From: Octopus vulgaris
Taxonomy: Eukaryota
Assembly: GCA_951406725.2 (NCBI GenBank)
Contig: OX597820.1
Location: 109,988,001-110,052,000 of the forward strand
Direction of reading: 5' to 3'
DNA: 64,000 nt
A program made the translations under genes and the position numbers. A model generated the notes under the pieces. It saw only the letters and a program-made list of their open reading frames with translations. It made no database searches and had not been told where the DNA came from. This document shows positions 40,800 through 52,456 of the stretch, piece by piece. Within the stretch, counting starts at the first letter, position 1. Each line of letters starts with the position of its first letter.

Positions 40800-42168
40800 C
40801 TTTATTGGCCACACAGAGGGGACAAATAAAAATGTAGGGCTTTTCTTTTAGAAAATGAAAAAAAGAGGGAAAATAAGAGAAAAAAGTAAAATTTCGATCA
40901 AAAGGGATTGTGTATCACAGAAGAATTCTAAAAATGTAAAAAGTAAGATTAGGTTTATCTGTGGAAAGAAAAGTCTATGGAAAAGACCAAGGTAACCTCA
41001 GGCAGGGAGGGAATAAACACGAGAGAAAAGTGCTCTCTCTCTTTTATGATTTACAGGATCATGCTCAAAGTGGTTTCGTCACTCGCACGGACAATCTTTT
41101 TTGAAATTTTCACAAGATAAAACCTGCCTCTCCATGCCTTTTCAATTGGTACTTGAAAAAGTTGACAAGCGTTTGACCAGAGAGGTAAGTGTTTGTCTCT
41201 AATCCTTTCGCTTGAGTCCACCACACACATTCTTTCACCGTGGTCACCAGTACGATGAAGACTGCCTTGCCTTCCCAGTTGAGGGAAGGTGGCAGAGCAA
41301 TTTTCACGATAGACTCTGCTGACAGGTGGACTCGTCCCACATGTGACAGCAGTTGTTCAGCATAAACCCACAGGTCCAAAATGGTTGGATACTACATGAG
41401 TGCAAGCAAACGGTTTCGGTGCTCTGACCGCATATCAGGCAAGTCGGTCCGGTGTGTCTCGAACTGTGTCTGTAGAGCTTATCCCGAATGGGTAATGCTT
41501 CTTGATAGCACTGCCAGGCCAGGGATGTTTGGTGATTGTCCATAGGTCCTGGCCCGAAAGTTGTCTTGAACAGGCGGGTCAGGTGTTCCTCATCGACTCC
41601 CAGATTCTACCCAAGAAAGTCGTTGCATCCCCACTCCACTAATCCTCTACAGAATGCCTATGTTGGAAGGAAGCCGCACAAGTTTGGTCCCGGACAGCAG
41701 AAATGCTTGAGAGCAACATGACACTCCTGGTGCAACATGACACTCTTGGTTTCTGTTTGATCCATGACTGCAGTTCGGGCAAGGAGACAAGCTGCTGGAA
41801 AGCGTGCCACACCATTGTCTATGAAGTGCCAGAGATGTCGCAGTCTCAGCACGTGTCTGCACATCATCAACCACAGCATGCCTAGCCCTCCATTTACCGG
41901 GTGTTGACAGCAAATAGATCTCCTAACCACTGGAATGCTTCCCTTCCACAAGAAGCGGAAGTGTACGCGTCCCAGTTTGGTGATGGTAGGGTTGGGACAA
42001 GGCACGACGATCAGGCGGTAATCGATGACAGATGCGATGTACGTGTTCGCCACCTCCCCCCAACCTCTTAGGAATAGCTTCCTGGGTGAGAGTGACCACC
42101 CTAGCCATTATTTCATCCCAGTTCTTGTCCATTTGGAGGTCTGGACCGAACCAGACTCCGAGCAATTT
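40800..42168 (-). mobile_element. L1/Tx1-clade LINE 3' fragment
   Basis: LGVWFG, FRFLWKG, GGLGM and LPIRDKL...CLICGQSTETV (zinc knuckle). Flanked by TA-rich microsatellites. Confidence 0.75.
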
Positions 42169-42209
42169 AACTATATATTTATATATATATATATATGTGT
42201 GTGTGTATG

Positions 42210-42272
<63 letters not shown>

Positions 42273-43559
42273 ATGTATATATATATATATATATATATAT
42301 AGATATATAAGTTTTGCAAGATTCTTAATGTGAAATCGTGTGTTGAAACAGATATTGTTGTCTTTAGGGATTGTCATGTTGCCCAGTTTAGCTAATAAAA
42401 ACACATTCCCTGCTGGGAATGTGCAAGTTTAAAAATTTGCTGGATCTCACTCATAAGGGAATCTTACATTGCTTATAAACTCTATATTTGGAAGGACTCG
42501 TATTAAACTATGTTGAACTTTTGGATTTTACTCAAAGGATATTGGAATATTGCATATATACCATTATGCCTATAAAACGGATTTACAACTTCAATACCCA
42601 TACATATCTTACACACATTTTCTTTCCTCCACCTCACTCTCTATTTTGAATCACATCTAAACTAACTATGACTTAATCTTCCTCTCACACCGTCTCCAAT
42701 GAAGGGATATTATTAATATCCTAGAAACAGCTGCAAGACCTTTCTATAAATGCTCTAATATCTATACAGCTTTGGTTTTTATCTTATTATGCAAAAAATT
42801 CTTATATACACACGCTGACATAGAAAACCAATGTTGAACCCTTTATTCGCAATATTACCGAATCTGGAACTTAACTATGGTCTGTCTATAGCACTTATTC
42901 AGCATTATCTGACACCTTTGGGTCTCAATGACACCATTATCTCATATATATATATGGATTTCGTAGACAGAAACTTAAAATCAATTGTATATATATGTAA
43001 GTGTATGTGTGTGACTGTTTCTGTGTTTTGCCCTCATCACTGCTTCACAACTGCTGTTTATTTATTTACATCCCCATAACTTACTGGTTTCACAAGAAGA
43101 AATAGAATAAGTACCAGGCTTATCAATATAAAAAAAAAATAGCACTTAGACAAATACAAGAGTACATCCTCATAAATGAAATATATGACAATTCATATAT
43201 TTTTGCAGTTGATGAAATTTTAACCATAGATATTAGATACAAATGAAGTAATATTTATAAAATTTCATCTTCTTACAAGTTAGAAAGACCCCTTCATGGG
43301 GAATTAACACCCACAATTTTGTCATTTTATCTAAGCAAAGACGAATACAGTTGTACTCTTGGAAGCTGTAAAGTTACCCGAGCATAAAAGGTGAGCATTA
43401 TTTGTAATTAAATGGTACAACAGTGTAAGAGTTTGCTTTGACATACACTTACATTGTGATTTCTGCAATGTGGTACATAAATTGTCAAGTAAATGAGGCA
43501 TCTTTCCTTCCACTGATTCAGTTGCAAAGTGTTGAGTAAAGTTATTTGATTGCAGATCT

Positions 43560-43769
43560 CCTTTTCAGTCTTTTTATTATCACTGGGTCATACATAGTCC
43601 CCAGATGGTAACATTGATCTCAAGGCCTTCTTTTTAGGGTGTGTAAAGAGAGAAATAACCCTCATCTGCAATGATGATGAAATTCGAAACAGGTATTCCA
43701 GTAAATATAACAGAAAAGTCTAATTCTTCAATTGCATGGAACACGAGCAATGCCAGGTAACTCAGCTAG
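43560..43769 (+). mobile_element. Helitron-like 3' end
   Basis: Degenerate GC hairpin (CACGAGCAATGCCAGGT) followed by CTAG|T at 43766-43770. Confidence 0.5.
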
Positions 43770-43795
43770 TATATATATATATATATATATATTTA

Positions 43796-44151
43796 GGCGC
43801 AGGAGTGACTGTGTGGTAAGTAGCTTGCTTACCAACCACATGGTTCCGGGTTCAGTCCCACCTTGGGCAAGTGTCTTCTACTATAGCCTCGGGCCGAGTG
43901 GATTTGGAAGACCGAAACTGAAAGAAGCCCGTCGTATATATGTATGTATATATGTGTGTGTGTCTTTCTGTGTCTGTGTTTGTCCTCCCAACATCGCTTG
44001 ACAAACCGATGCTGGTGTGTTTATGTCCCCGTTTGGCAAAGAGATCGATAGAAGTACTAGGCTTACAAAGAATAAGTCCTGGGGTCAATTTGCTCGACTA
44101 AAGGTGGTGCTCCAGCATAGCCACAGTGAAATGACTGAAACAAGTAAAAGA

Positions 44152-44152
<1 letters not shown>
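43796..44152 (+). mobile_element. tRNA-derived SINE (OR-like family) with LINE-like 3' tail
   Basis: GGCGCAGGAGTG head, B-box GGTTCAGTCCC, tail GGTGGTGCTCCAGCATAGCCACAGTGAAATGACTGAAAC. Inserted in (TA)n. Confidence 0.85.
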
Positions 44153-44196
<44 letters not shown>

Positions 44197-44205
44197 CACA
44201 CATTA

Positions 44206-45356
44206 TTGGATCATCCCATAAATAAAGTGTTTCTTTTTCAATTGTATGAAAAGTTGGATGGAGACAGGACCTGCGTCAACTTGCTATAAAAGCTGGTAGT
44301 AATTTTAACTTGTACTTATTTGTAGTGCAAGTTTTGAAGAGTGCCGTTCGATTTTAACAGTTATTTTTTCAAAGCTATAATGGAAGTGACAAAGGAGCAT
44401 ATTCGGCATATTTTTCTTTATGAGTTCAATAAAGGCAACAACACAATAGAAAGTGTGAGGAATATTAATACAGTACATGGGGATTGGACAGTAAGCGTAA
44501 GTCAGTGTCAACTACAGTTCTAGCAACTCTGAGCCGGAAACCACAGCCTAGAAGACGAGCCACATCCTGGAAGATCTATAGAGCTTGACGAAGATGTTCT
44601 GCAATCCCTGGTGGAACAAAATCCCATCGTGACTTGAGGAACTAGCAGAGAAGCTTGGATTTGGTCATTCAGCGACACCTATGTGCAATCAGAAAAGTCA
44701 GTAAATTGGGTCAATGGGTTCCTAATAAACTTTCTGAGTCTAATTGTGCACAGCAAGTGAATGTGTGCTGTTCTTTGCTGTCACGTCTCACAAATGAACC
44801 TTTTTTTGGACTGAATAGTGACTGGTGATAAGAAATGGGTTCTCTCTAAAAATGTCAAGTGCCGAAGGTAGTCGTTAGGGAAAGGAGAAACACCAGCACC
44901 CCAGGCTAAAGGTTTTCACCCACGTCAGGTGTTGTTATGTTTGGTGGGATATGAAAGGTTTAGTCCACTTTGAACTTTTAAACCAAAACCTCACAAAGAA
45001 GATAAACAACCATCTTTGCTTTCAAAATAAAAGGTGTTCTTCCATCAGGATAATGCTCGGCCACATACAGCAAGGATGACATTCCAAGGCTGGAGCAGTT
45101 TGAATGGGAAACGATGCCCCACCCACCATATTTGCTGGACATTGCCCCATCTGATTATCATTTATTCTGCATTCTTTAAAATCATTTGGATGGAAAAACT
45201 ATGAATTCTGTAGACAAGGTCAGAACAGTACTGGAGGAGTATTTTTCATCACAAACAAGTAAATTTTGGAAGAAAGCCTTGCAAGTCTAACAGACAGATG
45301 AAAGAGCATTGTAGAAAATAAAGGAGAGTATATTTTTAGATTATAGAATGACCCAA
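44206..45356 (+). mobile_element. mariner transposon, degenerate
   Basis: TA|TTGGATCAT...ATGACCCAA|TA ends. MEVTKEHIRHIFLYEF, WVPNKL, VTGDKKWV, HQDNARPH and DIAPSDYHLF motifs, with stops and frameshifts. Confidence 0.9.
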
Positions 45357-46118
45357 TATATATACATATACATACACACACACACACGAAAGACACAGAG
45401 AGGGTTTACTCTTTGACAGTGGATTGCAGCCACCCTTTCAGGTATAATCAATTATACTGGCTTCAGTATTATATCAGAAAAATGAAAAGGTTTGGATGGA
45501 ATTTGAATTCACAGCATAAATACAGGAAAATATTTAATCCACTAATACTAACTGTGGCTTCATAAATTAAGAATCTGGGCAAATAAAATGGACAATTATA
45601 TAACCCTGAAATAAATAAATTCAGTAGTATATCATGATTATCAAAAATGAACAATGTTTTTGACCTGATACTCATGGGATTTTACTAAAGAAAATATTTA
45701 TATTACTAGATGTCCTTCTCGTGACACAACATCTGCCACATCCACCTTTATGTTTCTCTGAATGGTTTCATGTTGATACAGACAACATGAATATGTTGTT
45801 TGTTTTACTACATCAAGCTAGTTGTTAACATTAAATCAGCACAACCAGTTTTTATCTTTATGTGAACTACTAAATACTGATACAAAAGTGATTTCACTCC
45901 AAATAAGGGCATTTTCATCAACTCAGGAAAAATGAAATGAACCTAAACACAGCAAGAAATTCCACCTAAAACTAATATTTGTAATTAAGATCCAAATACA
46001 GAATAAGAAAAAAGAAATAAATTATCTTCTCCGTAATTAACATTTACAGAAAAAATAACATAAGACTCAGTACAGAAGATATTATACTCTTATACTCCAA
46101 ATGAAAAACTTGTACATT

Positions 46119-46150
<32 letters not shown>

Positions 46151-46224
46151 AAGACACAAGCATTAAAGTATTCAATACACACTTGTAGCCATTTCATACA
46201 TCTCTTTATATATATACATACATA

Positions 46225-48471
46225 CAGGAGTTGGACAAAATAATGGAAACACCTAGCATCATAATTTTGAAATATCTATAAAACCGTCAAAAGCTTATTT
46301 ATTTTTATGTTTTTTGATTTATTATTAGTGTTGCTTAACCCTTTTGTTACTATATTTCTGACCAAAATACACCCCTTATGTGTTTCAATTAATTTCTAAC
46401 GTAATCATAAATTTAGTCTGGTTTCATTAAACAACAATAACTTTTTTATTTATCAATATATTAACGTGAATTTTGGAAGATAATTTAATGAAATGTTCTC
46501 AACCAATTCTATACTATAATTTTTGTCACAAAGTGACTCTAATTGCAGGTAGATACAGGTAAATTCAACAATATATAAAATTATTAAAATTTTGTTCAAA
46601 CATCGCTATAGAAAATGGGTTATTAGCTAATATTCAATTGGGTATACAACAAAATTTTACGATAGAATTTGTTATTCTGGGTAACTTTCTGATACCCATA
46701 ATAATATTTATGGCAAAATAGTCTTAATTTCATTTAAGGTTGTGGGAAACCACTAACTATCCTTTCTTTCGCTTTGTTTACGTTTAGCATAACGGTTCGT
46801 TTCCACCGTAATGATTTCAAATGGGCTCATTCGAAAAAGTGAAAAGAAATAGTCTAAGGCTTTACTCTTCTGGGAAAGTCTGTGGCTTGGTCCAGTTTCT
46901 TCAGAAAAATCACCGAAAGAAACAGTTTTTAAATTTTCACTCCATTCAGGTGCCAATTCATTTTCTTTATCGCTGTCGGAGATCTCGGATTCACTGTTTT
47001 CACTTTCGGAAAATGAAACATCAGATTCATTATCAAATACCACATGCTTTTTTTTTTTCAGTCATAGAGTTAGATTTATGAAGGTCTTCAGTAGAAAATC
47101 CTTCGAATTCTGACTCGCTGCTTGATATAATGAAATTCGTATCCACTTTTTGTCAGAATAACAAATTTTGAAAACACAATAGGAACAAATTTCAGAAAAA
47201 AATCTCCCAAAATTCACGGAATTAAAATTACACTTCGATTGTTGTACAAAACTGTAGTTGAACTGTTTACGAAATATAATACATGTTTTCACGAATGTAC
47301 TAAAGAGATTTGCTCTGATATTCTCATTTAAATATGAATAGGTAAATTTGGGCGGGTTTGGGCGGTTTGGTCACATTAACCAAAATTTTTTTCGGGCGGC
47401 TTTGGGCAGTTTGGTATCGAAATATGTCTTACTAAAATTGCTGTTTCTTTTCAGATACCATCAGAAAAAGATAATTAAAATGACAGATCTATGGACTTTC
47501 AAAGAGGTCAAGTCATTGGTGCTCGTACGGCAGACACTAGTGTAATGTAAACAGCCGAAATATTTGGTGTATCAAGAAGTAACAGCAGCCTTTGAGAAAG
47601 AGGGAAAAACCTCCTCTTCGAAACGAAACTCTGGAAGAAAACCAAAACTTTCAGATAGTGACTGTCGGACTCTTACACAAATTGCTAGAAAGGATCACAA
47701 AAGTACAGCTCCCAAAAACTATGCACCAGGAGTTGCACAAAGCCAGATTTTACGGGAGGGCTGCAATCAAAAAACCACTCGTTTCAAAAACGTTGCAAAG
47801 CATTTACAGTGGAATAAAAACCTACACAATTGATCCCTAGAGCAGTGGAAGAATGTTATTTTTTCGGACGAGTCATCTTTTACCTTATTTCCGACCACTG
47901 GCTGAGTATATGTGTGGAGACAGCCAAAAGAAGCATTTGACCCAGACTGCCTTCTTCCACTTGTTGAACATGGAGAATCTGTGATGATTTGGAAGGTGTC
48001 TATATCTTGGAAATCTGCCGACCCAATGGTTTCCCTTCATGGCAGAATTAATAGCCAAGACTATTTAAGCATTTTATTTGATCAAATTCATCCTATGGCT
48101 GTGGAACTGTTTCCGGAGGGAAACGTAATCTTTCAGGATGAAAATGCACCAATTCACACAGCTAAAGTTGTTACTGAATGGCATGAGAAACATTCTAGTG
48201 AAGTTGAACATCTGGCTACCACAGTCCCAAGATTTATGGTGCATTTTAGAAAAACAAGCAAGAAGTCAATATCCTCTACCATTATCACAAGAACTGGAGA
48301 CTGTTTTAGTTGAAGAATGGACAAAAATTCCTTTGGAAACAATTCAAATTTTGTATGAGTTCATATCTCGCAGAATTAAAGCTGTAATTACTGCAAAAGG
48401 CGGTCCTACCCCATATTAAAATAAATTTGTTTGAAATTTTACGGTGCTTCCATTATTTTGTTCAACCCCTG
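46225..48471 (+). mobile_element. Tc1 transposon, degenerate, with a nested piggyBac
   Basis: TA|CAGGAGTTGGACAAAATAATGGAA...TTCCATTATTTTGTTCAACCCCTG|TA. Remnants GRKPKL, FSDESSF, FQDENAPIH and GGPTPY*. Confidence 0.9.
46339..47420 (-). mobile_element. Internally deleted piggyBac element
   Basis: TTAA|CCCTTTTGTTAC end. ORF 46753-47043 has an acidic N-terminus plus FSEETGP...DYFFSLF...ITVETNRYA, typical of piggyBac transposase. The other end is eroded. Confidence 0.75.
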
Positions 48472-48474
48472 TAT

Positions 48475-48573
48475 ATTTAATTACCGAGGCACCTGTTCAT
48501 GTCAACTGTGTGTGTGTATTTATATATACACACACCACAGAGTTGACATGAACAGGTGTCTCAATAATTAAAT
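48475..48573. repeat. ~100-bp near-perfect hairpin
   Basis: CACCTGTTCATGTCAACT pairs perfectly with AGTTGACATGAACAGGTG, and pairing extends on both sides. Confidence 0.85.
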
Positions 48574-48810
48574 CCATGCAATGCTATCATACAGATATAT
48601 GAATAGACAGCAAGTAGAGAACTACATCTACCTCCATTCTTTATTCCTATTTAGGCTTTACTCTTACCATTGTGGATCACTACTAGTAATTCAGACACCT
48701 GTGTAAAATCACAGTAGAGATATACTCATTTATACACACACATACATTTTAAACTAAGTATGAAATGAAGTCTAAAAATAAAATCTCAATTTTTATTTAT
48801 TTACTTTTTA

Positions 48811-48867
<57 letters not shown>

Positions 48868-49370
48868 TATGTTTTAACCAATCAAGTGTAGTATCATAGC
48901 CTTATCAGGCATGGCTTTGTTATGCAAAACAATATCCGATTGATATGTGGCCTTATCATATCTCCAGATGCAGCAGTTTGTCCATTCAGAGAGAAAATAA
49001 AATTCACTCATAGTTGTACAAAAAATACTTTCTAAAAGTGGTGTTTGAAACTTCACAGTAACTGCATGACTAAGAAGCCAGTTGGTGTGATATCAGCTGC
49101 CAATTTGTTGTTTACAACAACGAAAACTGCCTGAAAAAGAACTGGAACAGAAATAATTACACGCACACACATGTTGGAACCAGTAAAAATGATGAAGAGC
49201 TGAATTCAATAGATCCACCAGTTCTTGGTTCCAATATGACTTGCTGTTGGATAAATTAAAGGAAAACAAATTAAAGAAGAAATAAATAGAACAATTAACT
49301 GAGATCAAATACAAAGACCTATTCATGTTGTACGTTTAATGTTGTTACATCAACAAGAAATTGTGAATAA

Positions 49371-49470
49371 NNNNNNNNNNNNNNNNNNNNNNNNNNNNNN
49401 NNNNNNNNNNNNNNNNNNNNNNNNNNNNNNNNNNNNNNNNNNNNNNNNNNNNNNNNNNNNNNNNNNNNNN
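49371..49470. other. Assembly gap (100 N)
   Basis: N run. Confidence 1.
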
Positions 49471-49934
49471 TATATATATCCGGTTCCGTTTTCCGCAGAG
49501 AAAGACGTGATTGCCTTTGCTCTGTGAAAAAGTTTGCATAGAACGGCGAAATAACCCACTGTAGTTGCAAAACGTAAAACTCTAAGTCATAGAGATCACT
49601 ACAACACTTTGGTTAAAAATATTTTTAAAAATATATATATAAATATATACATATACACAGTAATTTTCATTTTCGCCGAAACGCACATGGTGCAAAAATA
49701 ACTGAATCAAGTTATCTCCTCCAAGAAAGAAAAAGAAGTATCTCTCCTGAAAAAAATCCCGTAAACCAAGAAAAATAATCCAGACCACATTGTTGGATTA
49801 AGTATCAATTTCATCTATTTCATATTTTATTTATTATTCTATTTTATCTTTCACTTAGGCCCACATCTTAGTTAAAGTTGCGATCGTCATTTTGTTTGTT
49901 TACATTTTCAATATCTGTTCTCGATATAATAATT

Positions 49935-51483
49935 TTCCAGATACTCTATCTTCTAATTAGCCTTAAGATTAAATTAAATAACGTTTAATATTGATACCGT
50001 CAAATTAGCCTTAGGATTAAATTAAATAACGTTTAATATTGTTTAATATTGTTAATAATTATTGTTAATTAGCCTTAAGATTAAATTAAATAACGTTTAA
50101 TATTGTTTTAATATTGTTAATAATCTTTCAGATACTCTATCTTCTAATTAGCCTTAAGATTAAATTAAATAACGTTTAATATTAATAACGTCTAATTAGC
50201 CTTAGGATTAAATTAAATAACGTTTAATATTGTTAATAATTATTGTTAATTAGCCTTAGGATTAAATTAAATAACGTTTAATATTGTTTAATATTGTTAA
50301 TAATTACTGTTAATTAGCCTTAAGATTAAATTAAATAACGTTTAATATTGTTTAATATTGTTAATAATTATTGTTAATTAGCCTTAGGATTAAATTAAAT
50401 AACGTTTAATATTGTTTAATATTGTTAATAATTATTGTTAATTAGCCTTAAGATTAAATTAAATAACGTTTATTGTTAATAATTCTTCAGTTTCTTCTAA
50501 TATTGTTAATAATTAACGTTTAATATTGTTTTAATATTGTTAATAATCTTTCAGATACTCTATCTTCTAATTAGCCCTAAGATTAAATTAAATAACGTTT
50601 AATATTAATAACGCCTAATTAGCTTAGGATTAAATTAAATAACGTTTAATATTGTTAATAATTATTGTTAATTAGCCTTAGGATTAAATTAAATAACGTT
50701 TAATATTGTTTAATATTGTTAATAATTACTGTTAATTAGCCTTAAGATTAAATTAAATAACGTTTAATATTGTTTAATATTGTTAATAATTATTGTTAAT
50801 TAGCCTTAGGATTAAATTAAATAACGTTTAATATTGTTTAATATTGTTAATAATTATTGTTAATTAGACTTAAGATTAAATTAAATAACGTTTAATATTG
50901 TTAATAATTCTTCAGATACTCTATCTCCTGATTAGCCTTAAGATTAAATAACGTTTTTATCCACACTCTAATATAATATTAATATTGCTAATATATTTTC
51001 AGATACTCTATCTCCTAATTAGCCTTAAGATTAAATTAAATAACGGTTAATATTGCTTAATATTGTATATATAATTTTTCAGATACTCTGTCTTCTAATT
51101 AGCCTTAAGATTAAATTAAATAACGTTTAATATTACCCACACTCTAATATAATATTAATATTGCTAATATATTTTCAGATACTCTATCTCCAAATTAGCC
51201 TTAAGATTAAATAACGTTTTTTTTTTTTTACCCACACTCTAATATAATATTAATATTGCTAATATATTTTCAGATACTCTATCTCCTAATTAGCCTTAAG
51301 ATTAAACAACGTTTTTATCCACACTCTAACATAATATTAATATTGCTAATACATTTTCAGATACTCTATCCCCTAATTAGCCTTAAGATTAAATAACGTT
51401 TTTACCCAAATAACGTTTTTACACAAACTTTAATATTGTTAATATTTCTTTTTCAAGTACTCTATCTTCTAATTAGCCTTAAT
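49935..51483. repeat. AT-rich minisatellite, ~22 copies of core TAATTAGCCTTA(A/G)GATTAAA(TTAAA)TAACGTTT
   Basis: Counted by eye. Unit spacing is mostly ~48-96 bp, with a ~423-bp higher-order duplication. Confidence 0.95.
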
Positions 51484-51543
51484 ATCTTCCTGTCTTCTCT
51501 CGAACATAATTAGATAGATAAACGGATAGACGGATTATCCAGC

Positions 51544-52456
51544 ATGTCCAGAGCATGGAGACGTGACGAGCTGGATTTATTCGTACGAGCATGGGAGTGC
51601 GCCGGCGGAGATAGCCCTAGCGGAGGTGATTGCGGCTGCGCTGAAGAGCAGAGGCTACAAGAGGACAGCGGCTCAGATGGAGCGAAAGAGACAGGAATTC
51701 GTGCGCTCATATGCGCTTGTACGGTCGCACATTGGCGCACTTGATGCCATCTTTGAGAACGAGCGGGGCAAAGATGGCAAGAATGGAGACGATGAAAGAA
51801 GTCACCCCCACCTGGTGGACGCCCGGGAGGAGGTTTTGAATGAGAAACCTGCCCGGGAAGTGAACCCAGGTGCAAGTTCTCCAACCGGCAGCAAGGGCCA
51901 TGGAGACGGAGAACCCGGTGAAGAGGTAGAGGGAGGAAGAAGAACTAAAAGAAGGACTGGAAGAGCTAAAGGAAAAGAAAAAGCTCAAGCAGGACCAAAG
52001 AGTGAAACAACCAGAAATAGAAGTGGAACCGCAAAGGATGGAACCAAACAGCGCACACGGGTGTGTATGTTCTACCTGAGAGGTTCCTGCTGGCATGGAA
52101 AGGAAGGTGCAGGCTGCCGCTTTGCACATCGGGGACCCTGCCACAGAGACACGAGGCAGATGGACAAACCATCAACACAAAGAAAAGGGATGGACCACGC
52201 ACCACCTGCCCCAAAGCGGAGGTACGCAGATGTTGTGCGCGCCACAAACAGCCAACATGATGTTGTCGAAAGAGCAGCTGCTGAGCAACAATCTTTTTTG
52301 TGCATGGCACAAAAGATTGTACAGCAGCTGACCTGGCTTCATCAAACCCAAGCCCGCAGGTGGGACTACCCACTATATACCAGACCACCACAGCAAACAG
52401 ACACAGGATGGACACCGCCGGCAACAACGTACACCTCACCTCGATACTCCTACTGA
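51544..52456 (+). CDS. LINE ORF1: Myb/SANT-like (trihelix-type) N-terminus plus CCCH zinc finger, with one frameshift near 51600-51620
   Basis: The ATG 51544 frame gives WRRDELDLFVRAWE. The +1 frame gives EVIAAALKSRGYKRTAAQMERKRQEFVRSY, then C-x7-C-x8-C-x3-H at 52064-52129 and RRYADVV. Confidence 0.75.

Noticed and set aside
48870-49370. Possible exon or UTR of another gene before the gap
   Set aside because: The sequence looks unique, but has no recognisable protein motif or convincing splice pair.
49935-51483. CRISPR array (repeat-spacer look next to a reverse transcriptase)
   Set aside because: The linkers are themselves repeated and AT-rich rather than unique spacers, there are no cas genes, and the context is a spliced eukaryotic genome with a LINE-type RT.
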